Of a DNA stretch of 64,000 nucleotides, positions 39,211 through 48,685 are shown one piece after another; position 1 is the first letter of the stretch; the number at the start of each line of letters is the position of its first letter. The translations under genes were made by a program, and so were the position numbers. This DNA comes from a virus, in IMG/VR virus record IMGVR_UViG_3300035670_000028, positions 1-64,000 of that record. The stretch is one strand, 5' to 3'. A model generated the notes under the pieces. It was not told the DNA's origin, searched no databases, and worked only from the letters and a program-made list of their open reading frames with translations.

Positions 39211-40176
39211 ATGGAGCCAATACTTCGTCCGAACCCAGAGAGATTTGTCATCTATCCAATCGTTCACTCTGACCTTTGGCAGGAATTTAAACGGCAGGAG
39301 GCCTCCTTCTGGACTGCCGAGGAGATCGACCTGACTGAGGATCGACGCGACTGGGAGAGGCTCAAGGAGGATGAGCGGCACTTCATCAAGCACGTGCTAG
39401 CATTCTTCGCCGCCTCAGACGGCATCGTCAATGAGAATCTCTGCTATCGATTCGCGAACGAGGTGCAGTACCCTGAGGCCCGGGCCGCATACACATTCCA
39501 GGCAGCCATGGAGACCATCCACAGTGAGACTTACTCGCTGCTCATCGACTCCTATGTGACCGATCCCGCTGAGAAGACACACCTCCTGCGCGCAATCGAG
39601 ACGATTCCCGCTGTCAAGAAGAAGGCTGAGTGGGCCCTCAAGTGGATGAGCAATGACTCACCTTTCGTCCAGCGGCTCCTAGCCTTCGCCTGCGTCGAGG
39701 GGATATTCTTCAGCGGCTCATTCTGCGCCATCTTCTGGCTCAAGCACCGCGGATTGGGAATGAAGGGTCTCACGTTCTCCAACGAGCTCATAAGCAGGGA
39801 CGAGAATGCACACACGGACTTCGCCTTGAAGATCCTCAAGAATCACATCGTCAACAAGCCTGACGTCAAGACTGTCCACAGCATTGTGTCAGATGCTGTC
39901 AGCATTGAGAAGGAATTTGTTTGCGACGCGCTTCCTGTTTCTCTCATTGGAATGAACGCGGATGCAATGTCTGCGTATATTGAGTTCGTGGCCGATCGAT
40001 TGCTCACAGACCTGGGATATCCGAAGCTCTACAACGCCAAGAACCCATTTCCCTGGATGGAGATGCTCGGCCTCGAGGGCAAGACCAACTTTTTTGAGCG
40101 TCGGGTGAGCGAGTACGCAAAGGCCGGCGTCAAGAGCGGTACAACACAGTCACTCACATGGGATGGAGACTTCTGA
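39211..40176 (+). CDS. nrdB: Ribonucleotide reductase class Ia beta subunit
   Basis: [45 protein letters not shown]. Confidence 0.95.
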   Translation: MEPILRPNPERFVIYPIVHSDLWQEFKRQEASFWTAEEIDLTEDRRDWERLKEDERHFIKHVLAFFAASDGIVNENLCYRFANEVQYPEARAAYTFQAAMETIHSETYSLLIDSYVTDPAEKTHLLRAIETIPAVKKKAEWALKWMSNDSPFVQRLLAFACVEGIFFSGSFCAIFWLKHRGLGMKGLTFSNELISRDENAHTDFALKILKNHIVNKPDVKTVHSIVSDAVSIEKEFVCDALPVSLIGMNADAMSAYIEFVADRLLTDLGYPKLYNAKNPFPWMEMLGLEGKTNFFERRVSEYAKAGVKSGTTQSLTWDGDF

Positions 40177-42533
40177 TGCGTTCATTTGTAGTCAAGAGCA
40201 GCGGCAAGAGAGAAGAGATCAAGTTCGACAAGATCACACAGCGCATCAAGCGCCAGTGCAAGGGCTTAAACGAGGAGTATGTGAGTCCCATCGCTGTCAC
40301 TCGTGAGGTCGCGGAGTCCGTTGTCGACGGCATCACGACAGGTGAGATCGACGCGCTGATCGCCCAGGAGGCAGCTCGAATGGTGACGATTCACCCAGAC
40401 TACTCGCTCCTGGCCGCACGCATCCTTGTCACGAGGTGGCAGAAGTCAATCCCTGTCAACTTCTCAGAGAACGTTGGTAGGCTCTACGACAACGTCGATC
40501 CTGTCACTGGAAAGCACGCGCCCCTCGTCAGCAAGGAGCTCGTTGAGCTCATGTCCGACAAGAAGCACTCAGAGCTCGTCGACCGCGCGATCGTCCACGA
40601 GCGTGACAAGAACTTTGACTACTTTGGCCTGGCAACTCTACAGCACGGGTACCTAAAGTCCATCGACGGTCAGCCGGCTGAGACGCCCCAGTTCATGTGG
40701 ATGCGTGTGTCACTAGGCATCCACGGCGACGACATCGAGTCCTCCATCAGGTGCTACGAGGGCCTGAGCACAGGCAGGTACATCCACGCTACACCAACCC
40801 TGTTCAACGCAGGCACACCTCGCGCCCAGATGGCCAGCTGCTTCCTGCAGAGTCTCGCTGATGACTCCATCGATGGAATATTCAGCACCTATAAGCAGAC
40901 GGCTCACATCTCCAAGTGGGCAGGCGGCATCGGTCTACATGTCCACAACCTTCGGGCGAAGGGAAGCCTAATCGCTGGAACAGGTGGCCAGTCTGAGGGC
41001 ATCGTTCCGATGCTCAAGGTCCTCAATGAGATCGCACGATACGTGAACCAGGGCGGCAAGCGCAAGGGCGCTTTCGCGGTCTATCTCGAGCCCTGGCACT
41101 CCGACATTGAGGAGTTCCTTGAGATGAAGAAGAACCACGGCAAGGAGGAGCTTCGCGCTCGTGATCTCTTCTACGCACTGTGGGTGCCAGACCTCTTTAT
41201 GCGCCGCGTGAAGGAGGACGGTGTGTGGTCGCTCATGTGCCCACAGGCCTCACCGGGTCTCGCAGATGTACACGGAGATGACTTCGTCAAGCTCTATGAG
41301 AAGTATGAGGAGGCCGGAAAGTTCGTCCGCCAGGTGAAGGCACGAGACCTCTGGATCAAGGTGATCACTGCGCAGATCGAGACAGGAGTGCCGTACATCC
41401 TCTACAAGGATGCTGCCAACAATAAGTCAAACCAGAAGAACCTAGGCACAATTAAGTCATCAAATCTCTGCACAGAGATCATCGAGCACAGCACACCTGA
41501 GGAGACTGCAGTGTGCAACCTCGCGTCCATTGCACTAAGTCGATTTGTGCACGATGGAAAGTATGACTTTGAGGGCCTCCGACAGACTGCCGCAGAGGTC
41601 ACCTTTAACCTCAACCGTGTGATCGACCGAAACTACTACCCTGTGCCTGAGACTGAGGTCTCCAACATGAAGCACAGGCCCATCGGCATCGGTGTTCAGG
41701 GCCTCGCTGACACGTACGCGATGCTCAAGATGGACTTCACCTCTCCCGAGGCTGTTGAGCTGAACAAGCGGATCTTTGCGACCATATACTACGGGGCACT
41801 TGACGCGTCCTGTGAGCTCGCAAAGGAGGAGGGAACTTACTCATCCTACGAGGGTTCGCCGGCGTCGAAGGGGCAGCTGCAGTTCGACATGTGGGGTATT
41901 GAGCCACATCCCTCTCTGAACTGGAAGTCCCTGAAGGCGAGGATCGCAAAGCACGGTCTGAGGAATAGCTTGCTCCTCGCGCCCATGCCTACCGCTTCCA
42001 CGTCCCAGATCCTAGGCAACAACGAGTGTTTCGAGCCTTTCACGTCAAACATCTACGTGAGGAGAGTCCTCTCGGGTGAGTTCGTGATTGTCAACAAGCA
42101 CCTCGTCAATGACCTTATCGAGGTGGGTCTCTGGGGTGAGGATATGAAGAACGAGATCGTGCGCAATGCAGGATCCATTCAGGAGATCTCCAAGATTCCA
42201 GAGGAAATTCGCAGTAGATACAGGACAGTGTGGGAGATGTCGATGAGGCCGATCATCGATCAGGCAGCCGACAGAGGCGCCTATATCTGCCAGTCACAGT
42301 CGATGAACCTGTTTATCGCTAGCCCTAACATTGGCGCCGTCAACTCAATGCACTTCTACGCCTGGGAGAAGGGCCTGAAGACTGGCATGTACTACCTGCG
42401 CTCCAAGCCCGCGTCAACAGCGAAGGCGATCACCGTCGAGGAGAAGCAGGAGAAGCCAGACACAGAGATGGATGAGGCCGCTCTCGTGTGCTCCCTGGAG
42501 AACCCAGAGGCGTGCGAGATGTGCGGATCCTGA
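40176..42533 (+). CDS. nrdA: Ribonucleotide reductase class Ia alpha subunit with ATP cone
   Basis: TPTLFNAG, SCF, SNLCTEI, VCNL, APMPTASTSQ, KTGMYY and C-terminal CxxC; TGATG overlap with nrdB. Confidence 0.95.
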   Translation: MRSFVVKSSGKREEIKFDKITQRIKRQCKGLNEEYVSPIAVTREVAESVVDGITTGEIDALIAQEAARMVTIHPDYSLLAARILVTRWQKSIPVNFSENVGRLYDNVDPVTGKHAPLVSKELVELMSDKKHSELVDRAIVHERDKNFDYFGLATLQHGYLKSIDGQPAETPQFMWMRVSLGIHGDDIESSIRCYEGLSTGRYIHATPTLFNAGTPRAQMASCFLQSLADDSIDGIFSTYKQTAHISKWAGGIGLHVHNLRAKGSLIAGTGGQSEGIVPMLKVLNEIARYVNQGGKRKGAFAVYLEPWHSDIEEFLEMKKNHGKEELRARDLFYALWVPDLFMRRVKEDGVWSLMCPQASPGLADVHGDDFVKLYEKYEEAGKFVRQVKARDLWIKVITAQIETGVPYILYKDAANNKSNQKNLGTIKSSNLCTEIIEHSTPEETAVCNLASIALSRFVHDGKYDFEGLRQTAAEVTFNLNRVIDRNYYPVPETEVSNMKHRPIGIGVQGLADTYAMLKMDFTSPEAVELNKRIFATIYYGALDASCELAKEEGTYSSYEGSPASKGQLQFDMWGIEPHPSLNWKSLKARIAKHGLRNSLLLAPMPTASTSQILGNNECFEPFTSNIYVRRVLSGEFVIVNKHLVNDLIEVGLWGEDMKNEIVRNAGSIQEISKIPEEIRSRYRTVWEMSMRPIIDQAADRGAYICQSQSMNLFIASPNIGAVNSMHFYAWEKGLKTGMYYLRSKPASTAKAITVEEKQEKPDTEMDEAALVCSLENPEACEMCGS

Positions 42534-42548
42534 CAAAACGGAGGAAAG

Positions 42549-43151
42549 ATGAAGTGGACAACAAAGGTATCGCCGCTGATCAAGGAAATTGAGCTCAGGA
42601 AGAGCCCAGTCATCATTCGAGTCAACAAGTTCGATGAGGAGTCTGCCCTCAAGTTCGATCAAGAGGTGGCACAGGCCCACAATACCGGTCAGAAGGTGAT
42701 TCCTGTGGTCATTGATTCATACGGAGGGCAGGTGTACTCCCTCATGTCGATGATCTCAGCCATCAAGCACGCTGAGCTTCCTGTGGCCACGATCGTCGAG
42801 GGTAAGGCGATGAGCTGCGGAGCTGTCCTGCTCACCTTCGGCGCAGACGGCATGAGGTTCGCTGATCCTAATTCCACGATAATGGTGCACGATGTCTCCT
42901 CCATGGAGCTCGGCAAGGTCGAGGAAGTGAAGGCAGGCGCAGCAGAGGCCGATCGACTGAATGAGAAGATCTACACCATGATGGCCAGGAACTGCGGTAA
43001 GCCAGACGATTACTTCCTCAAGATCGTCGATGGTAAGAAGCACGCTGACTGGTTCTTCGACGCCGAGGAGGCCCTCAAGCATGGGTTCGTCAATCACCTG
43101 AGGGTGCCAAAGCTGAACGTCGAGGTCGCTGTCACAATCGATTTCGAGTGA
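42549..43151 (+). CDS. ClpP-family protease
   Basis: IDSYGG, AMSCG (Ser), MVHD (His), DWFFDAEEALKHG. Confidence 0.85.
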   Translation: MKWTTKVSPLIKEIELRKSPVIIRVNKFDEESALKFDQEVAQAHNTGQKVIPVVIDSYGGQVYSLMSMISAIKHAELPVATIVEGKAMSCGAVLLTFGADGMRFADPNSTIMVHDVSSMELGKVEEVKAGAAEADRLNEKIYTMMARNCGKPDDYFLKIVDGKKHADWFFDAEEALKHGFVNHLRVPKLNVEVAVTIDFE

Positions 43152-43187
43152 GTCACATGGGTCCTAATCCTCCGCAGGCTGCGTGTT

Positions 43188-43194
43188 ATACTTA
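43188..43194 (+). promoter_or_regulatory. ATACTTA putative late promoter
   Basis: Marks the switch from the replication block to the fibre genes. Confidence 0.55.
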
Positions 43195-43222
43195 GACCCA
43201 GAGATTTGACCCACCGTGAACT

Positions 43223-44863
43223 GTGACAGCGTATAGAGTAGTAGAGTCTTCAGGATCTAACGGCACTATTCAGTTTGCCGCTGATGGAGATTTCAGCTCC
43301 AGTGGCAATTTTGTATTCGTCACAGGCTCTGAGCGTGTAGGCATTGGCACTCCTGCACCTCTCGCAAAACTGCACGTCTCAGGAGGCACCCTCTTCGGTG
43401 CCTCAGAGACAGACCTACACCAGTTCACAGGCAGCGCGCAGTTCTACTCAGGACTATCCGGATCCCTCACGAGACTGCCCGATGGCCGCTCCTACCTCGT
43501 CGCCGGCGCGAATGTAACGATCACGTCCGAGTCCAACGGACAGGTGACAATATCGTCGACGGGAGGCGGCGGTGGGAGCGGAGACAGCTACTGGACCTCG
43601 ACCCAGCCCGGCAAGATCTTCACAACGGGCTCAGCTGAGGCGCAGGGCGGTCTCACGGGCTCTCTGCAGGAGGTCTCTGCCGGCGTCCCATATCTTGTTG
43701 CCGGTGCGAATGTCTCAATAAGCACTGGGACAAACGGGCAGATAACGATATCTTCTACAGGCGGTACACCTCCGGGGTGCGGAGTGTACTGGGAGTCTGT
43801 TGTCTCTGGCACAGTGCAGACAACTGGGTCTGTTGCCGTCGGCACGCAGGGAGATCCCTCACAGCTTTGGATCAATGACATCAACATCACACCAATTGCA
43901 AGCGGTGTGATAGTTCCAGGATCCACGCTCACAGACACAGTCCTACTAAATCTCTCGGGGGCGCTGTCTGGCAATCAGTACGGCAGCTTCAACATCGATG
44001 TGATTGGCACCACAAAAGGCATCACGTCCATAAGCAGTCTAGCCACTGCGAAGTGGAACCTCTCGGTGTCCATGCTGCAGTCAAGCGGCTCATTCCAGGT
44101 GGTGGGCGTAACCGAGGTTGACGCGCAGCGGTTCAAGGGACCCACATCTATAGACGCACCGGCGCTCTGGGACGTTAACTTCAACGCCTCAGGGTCTCTC
44201 TATGTCAACACTGCGGGCACACCCACGGACACATCCTGGGGTGCGATCGTCACGAACCAGACGATCATCGATGTTGAGTCAGGCCTCCTCTTCAGCGGCA
44301 AGACTCTCGTGTCCGGATCACTATCGTCTGCGTGCAGCTGCTGCCACGATCCCTACTGGATCTCGAACAGCCCAGACGTCATATTCACAACAGGCTCCGT
44401 CGTCATCGGCGCAGGAAGCACGGGCGACCTAATCGTCAACGGAATCAATCTCACACCGATCAGCGGATCCGCTGTCGTCCCAGGTGGAACCTCGACAAGC
44501 TACAACATCCTCAGCCTCTCTGGCACAATGAGCAACAATCAGTTTGCCACATTCAACATCGATGTGATCGGCAGCACAAAGGGCGTCACAAACATCTCGA
44601 ACGTCTCCACCGCCAAGCGGCTTCTCACTGTCTCCATGGTGAAGTCCGGAGGGCAGTTCGCTGTCGTGGGCATCACAGAGCTCGATGCACAGAACTACAC
44701 CGGACCCACGTCTTCCGACAACGCGTCCCTCTGGGACATTAACGTCGACGTCTCAGGCACCCTTTACGTCAATACAAACACCACACCGACTGATACGGCA
44801 TGGGGTGTTATCGTCACGAAACAGTCAGTGATGGATGTAAACTCAGGTGTACTAATTGGGTAA
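43223..44863 (+). CDS. Tail-fibre-like protein with internal domain duplication
   Basis: RVGIGT..P.AKLHV; GS/TGS-rich; two GLSGSL..YLVAG modules; duplicated C-terminal domain. Confidence 0.7.
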   Translation: MTAYRVVESSGSNGTIQFAADGDFSSSGNFVFVTGSERVGIGTPAPLAKLHVSGGTLFGASETDLHQFTGSAQFYSGLSGSLTRLPDGRSYLVAGANVTITSESNGQVTISSTGGGGGSGDSYWTSTQPGKIFTTGSAEAQGGLTGSLQEVSAGVPYLVAGANVSISTGTNGQITISSTGGTPPGCGVYWESVVSGTVQTTGSVAVGTQGDPSQLWINDINITPIASGVIVPGSTLTDTVLLNLSGALSGNQYGSFNIDVIGTTKGITSISSLATAKWNLSVSMLQSSGSFQVVGVTEVDAQRFKGPTSIDAPALWDVNFNASGSLYVNTAGTPTDTSWGAIVTNQTIIDVESGLLFSGKTLVSGSLSSACSCCHDPYWISNSPDVIFTTGSVVIGAGSTGDLIVNGINLTPISGSAVVPGGTSTSYNILSLSGTMSNNQFATFNIDVIGSTKGVTNISNVSTAKRLLTVSMVKSGGQFAVVGITELDAQNYTGPTSSDNASLWDINVDVSGTLYVNTNTTPTDTAWGVIVTKQSVMDVNSGVLIG

Positions 44864-44972
44864 AAAATGTTTGTGATCGAGGTGACCTAAAGCTTATTTC
44901 ATTCTTCCATCGTGATATTTAGTGTTGGACTCGAACGAAGACTTGTAGACGCTTTAACGGGAGAACACTAAG

Positions 44973-46298
44973 ATGGCGATTTTGAAGAGATATACGCAGC
45001 TGAACAGGTCAGGATCTAATCACAGCATCCTTGACGCTGAGACCGGTTATATCACCGGATCTTTCGAGGTAGACGGAATTACGCGCCTCGACGGCGCAGT
45101 AACAGCCTCTGTAGGACTCGAGCTCACAGGCTCGTCGACGTTCGCAGCGGGCAGCACATTCACCTTCAACGGCAACGGCGTGTTCACGTCCGGCCTCTCT
45201 GGATCACTTCAGAGGACATCGAACGGCGATGCTTATTTGGTCGCCGGCCCGAATGTAACAATTACAACGAATTCGCTGGGTCAGGTCGAGATAAGCGGCT
45301 CTGATCCGAACACACTAATTCCAACATTCTGGTTCTCGACTCAGAACCTCGCAGTGTACACCACAGGATCTGTGCTCCTCCGCGGTCCTGCAGGCACAGC
45401 AGACTCCCCTGCTGACCTAGGCACTGACCTCTTCTTCTTCTCATCCGGATCGATAGGAAGCAAAGACACTGCAGTCACTGGAACAGCTGCATTCGGTGGT
45501 GATCTCGTCGTCTCCGGCGGCCTATACGTTGAGACAGGGCTTCAGGTGACAGGTGCAGCTTCCTTTGCGGGAAGCGTTACACTCGGTGACTCTGCTGCTG
45601 ACCTGATCGCAGTGTCTGGTTCGATGGACTTCCTCAATCCAGCCACATTCCAGGCCGGCCTCTCCGGCTCTCTCACACACCTCGAGGACGGCACCTCCTA
45701 CCTGATCGCAGGACCAGGCATCACTATCGTGACTGGAACGAACGGTGCGGTCACAATCTCCTCCACGGGCGAGATTGAGACACCCCCTGAGCTATACTAC
45801 GACGGTGTCGACACGGCGGCCACAAGCGGCTCGCTGGCAGTCACAGGATCGATCACACTGGCAACAGCAGGCACAGGACGCGGTCTCCTGGTGTTCGGTG
45901 GTCTAGACATCGGACCAATCACAGGCTCGATGCAGACCATTGGCGCAGGACCTGGAATAATGAGCGGAAGCCTCCTCTCAGCGTCACTAGGTGTCTGGGA
46001 TGGAACTAACGCAGCAGCACTCCGCCACGAGTTCCACGTCGTTGGAATTAGCACAGACGCCTCGGCGATGTTCGCAGGCTCCTACCTGGTCTCATCTTTC
46101 GTGAACGCAGCTGGAGCTCAGACCGCGACAGGCGCAACTGAAACCTCACGCGAGGTGACAGGCGTGGCCAGTGCATGGGACGTCAACATCAACTCCAACG
46201 TGGACATCACAGTGACAGGCTCCGCAGGCCTCACGGTGAACTGGTACGCCCAGCGCACGAAGGAGATGTCGATCAGCGCTGACGGTAACAGGACCTGA
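44973..46298 (+). CDS. Tail-fibre-like protein
   Basis: Same repeat module, TGS-rich; ATATTTA at 44915. Confidence 0.7.
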   Translation: MAILKRYTQLNRSGSNHSILDAETGYITGSFEVDGITRLDGAVTASVGLELTGSSTFAAGSTFTFNGNGVFTSGLSGSLQRTSNGDAYLVAGPNVTITTNSLGQVEISGSDPNTLIPTFWFSTQNLAVYTTGSVLLRGPAGTADSPADLGTDLFFFSSGSIGSKDTAVTGTAAFGGDLVVSGGLYVETGLQVTGAASFAGSVTLGDSAADLIAVSGSMDFLNPATFQAGLSGSLTHLEDGTSYLIAGPGITIVTGTNGAVTISSTGEIETPPELYYDGVDTAATSGSLAVTGSITLATAGTGRGLLVFGGLDIGPITGSMQTIGAGPGIMSGSLLSASLGVWDGTNAAALRHEFHVVGISTDASAMFAGSYLVSSFVNAAGAQTATGATETSREVTGVASAWDVNINSNVDITVTGSAGLTVNWYAQRTKEMSISADGNRT

Positions 46299-46320
46299 TA
46301 GCTAATTCCTTAGCTTGAGT

Positions 46321-46355
46321 GAGGCGCCGGTCGAGAGGCCGGCGCTTTACTTTTT
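46321..46355 (+). terminator. Rho-independent terminator
   Basis: GGCGCCGGTC-GAGA-GGCCGGCGCT followed by TTACTTTTT. Confidence 0.75.
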
Positions 46356-46399
46356 ACCTGTCCCGACACAGCGTGATAATTACACGTGTAGGAGTGTGA

Positions 46400-47293
46400 A
46401 TGGCATTGAATGAGAAGAAGCCCCTTTTCGTGAGGATTGCGGGCGAGCGGCAGCCAAACCTGTTGCCTGTCACTGCATCGGCAGTAGGGTTCGATTTCAA
46501 TCGCGATCGCTTCGTGTTCTATCACACGGCATCAGACGATTGGGCCGACATCTCACCTGATGGAGTCGACTTCGTTGGTAGCATATACGCAGACAATTTC
46601 TTCTCCGCAGGAGTTGTGACCGCATCGCTGGGTCTCTCAGGCTCGCTCACACAGCTGGCTGACGGCACCTCATACCTGATCGCAGGAACGAACATAACGA
46701 TCACCTCTGAGTCCAACGGCGCTGTCACAATTTCATCAACAGGAGGTGGGAGTGGCACTCCAGGAGGCCTAAACACCTACGTCCAGTTTAATGATGGTGG
46801 CACATTCGGCGGTGATGCAGGACTAACTTACGATAAGAATGCTGACACTCTGCGAGGAACAGTAATAACTGCCTCTCTAGGATTTAGCGGCTCTCTCACC
46901 CGCTTGTCCGATGGCACATCATACCTGATCGCTGGAAACAACATCAACATCACATCACAGTCGAACGGTCCTGTCACGGTGACCGGCATACACGACTCTC
47001 TGAGGGATCTAATCCACTTCATCGATCAGGGTCCTGCGTGTGGATTTGGCGTAGGAGCCTACAAGGAACAAGGTCCCGCAGGCGCATTCCCCACGCAGTC
47101 TGTGTGGTATACTGATATCACGAAGGTGAATAAGATTGTTGAGCTAATCATGACGTGGTCAGGAGCCGTGCCATCATCCCAGACATGGAGATCATACGCA
47201 GCAGACGGTGTCACCGTGAACTGCACTGTGACTGACTCCTACACTTACGCCAACAGCATATTCGAGACATCTAGGAACAGAACTATTACATGA
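46400..47293 (+). CDS. Tail-fibre-like protein
   Basis: Repeat module plus PGG..VQFNDGGTFGG; ATAATTA at 46376. Confidence 0.7.
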   Translation: MALNEKKPLFVRIAGERQPNLLPVTASAVGFDFNRDRFVFYHTASDDWADISPDGVDFVGSIYADNFFSAGVVTASLGLSGSLTQLADGTSYLIAGTNITITSESNGAVTISSTGGGSGTPGGLNTYVQFNDGGTFGGDAGLTYDKNADTLRGTVITASLGFSGSLTRLSDGTSYLIAGNNINITSQSNGPVTVTGIHDSLRDLIHFIDQGPACGFGVGAYKEQGPAGAFPTQSVWYTDITKVNKIVELIMTWSGAVPSSQTWRSYAADGVTVNCTVTDSYTYANSIFETSRNRTIT

Positions 47294-47712
47294 GCATTCA
47301 GCTAGTAAAGAATGTGAACTTTGGCCGCTCGAAGAGGGGCCTGGCCACCGTGGGGTACACGCTGATCAACTCTGCCGGCGGTGTGGCGCAGGTCCGGACC
47401 ACTGCGGGTGTGTACGAGGTGGGAACCCTAACAGGCATCTACGCTGCGCTGATCACATTCGCGACGGGATTCAAGGGAAGCATCCTCTGGGATACAGGTG
47501 AGGTTGTTCCTGTGCACGCCACAGAGGACTACAGCCCGATCGATGAGCAGACGCAGTTCAACTACGACATCTCAGGCGGCCGATGGAAGATCGTGGGCAA
47601 CCAGATGATCTTCTACCAGGAAGACAACGTTACCGAGATCAGACGCTTCAACCTGTTCGACGACCTGGGCAGCCCATCGATGGACTCCGTCTTTGAGCGT
47701 GTCAAGGTCTGA
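47290..47712 (+). CDS. Hypothetical structural protein
   Basis: ATGA overlap with the upstream gene; GRWKI..NQMIFY motif. Confidence 0.65.
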   Translation: MSIQLVKNVNFGRSKRGLATVGYTLINSAGGVAQVRTTAGVYEVGTLTGIYAALITFATGFKGSILWDTGEVVPVHATEDYSPIDEQTQFNYDISGGRWKIVGNQMIFYQEDNVTEIRRFNLFDDLGSPSMDSVFERVKV

Positions 47713-48089
47713 TGCCGCCCGTCAATAAGCTCGTCACCCGTGGAATGGGACCCTCACGGGGTGTGCCAGGCCGCGCAGGAATGGTGACGCAGGGATACGG
47801 TGGAATATTCAGGGCAGTTGTTGAAGCGGTCTCTGCGGTCATCCAGGGTGGCTCCAAGGCCTTGCGGCGCCTGCCCGAGATCCTCTGGACAGTCTACGCG
47901 CGGCTTGCTGCTGTCAACGATCGGGAGCTGCTCGAGGATGTGTCAGGCGTCGACAAGAAGGTGGTCGATCCGAACCTCGAAGAGCCTGAGATTAAGGCAG
48001 ATCTTGGATCCGCAAAGATAAGTAAACGTGATACAGGCATAGTTATTAGGGCCGAGAGAGTGCGCTCGGGCAAGAAGGAAGGCGACTAA
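47712..48089 (+). CDS. Hypothetical protein
   Basis: TGATG coupling to the upstream gene. Confidence 0.6.
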   Translation: MPPVNKLVTRGMGPSRGVPGRAGMVTQGYGGIFRAVVEAVSAVIQGGSKALRRLPEILWTVYARLAAVNDRELLEDVSGVDKKVVDPNLEEPEIKADLGSAKISKRDTGIVIRAERVRSGKKEGD

Positions 48090-48090
48090 A

Positions 48091-48639
48091 GTGAGCGATT
48101 TCGACATTTTTCTAGACACAGACAATGAGCTGGCCTTCACAGTCGCGATCGAAGGCGCCAATGAGGCAGCAGTGAGAAGCCAGTTTATCCTTGAGGGGCC
48201 ACGTGGAATCAGCCTGTGCTTCGAGGGCCGGGCATCTGGCGCTGAGATCACAGTTGGAGTTCCGACGCTCAAGGGAATCATACGAGAGGGCCTGTACAAC
48301 ACGCGGCTAGAAGTGATCGTTGACGACCGCGTCTTTACACCGCTCCAGATGCAGGCAAACGTGAAGCCGGCGATCAAGGTCGAGGCTGTTGTTAGGACTG
48401 CAGCAAAGGTGGGAGGACCGGTCGTCACAGCTGCTGTTGTCAATAGGACGAAGCCGCTTGTTGAGACCGCCGTCGAGAAGCCAGCAGCTCCTCCGCCGGC
48501 TCCAATACCAAGAGCAGCCACTGTGCCAGTGACGCAGGTAAAGCCGCCTGTCGCACCTGTTCGACCAGTTGCGAAAGACCCTCCGATGAGACCCACATCT
48601 GAACTTGACAGCTTATTGGATAGTTTAGAGAGTGAATGA
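48091..48639 (+). CDS. Hypothetical protein with Pro-rich C-terminus
   Basis: AAGGAAGG RBS; ATAGTTA at 48039. Confidence 0.65.
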   Translation: MSDFDIFLDTDNELAFTVAIEGANEAAVRSQFILEGPRGISLCFEGRASGAEITVGVPTLKGIIREGLYNTRLEVIVDDRVFTPLQMQANVKPAIKVEAVVRTAAKVGGPVVTAAVVNRTKPLVETAVEKPAAPPPAPIPRAATVPVTQVKPPVAPVRPVAKDPPMRPTSELDSLLDSLESE

Positions 48640-48685
48640 CACTTTACTCGGCTAGGATCCTGCCTATATTAAGACACGAGAATAA

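Larger units (their letters stand above)
43451..46987 (+). repeat. Six dispersed copies of a ~38-codon fibre module
   Basis: GLSGSLTxLxDGxSYLxAGxNxTITxxxNGxVTIS at about 43451, 43648, 45192, 45657, 46631 and 46880. Confidence 0.75.

Noticed and set aside
43223-47293. Diversity-generating retroelement acting on the fibre repeats
   Set aside because: There is no reverse transcriptase in the window, and the repeat differences are not adenine-specific.
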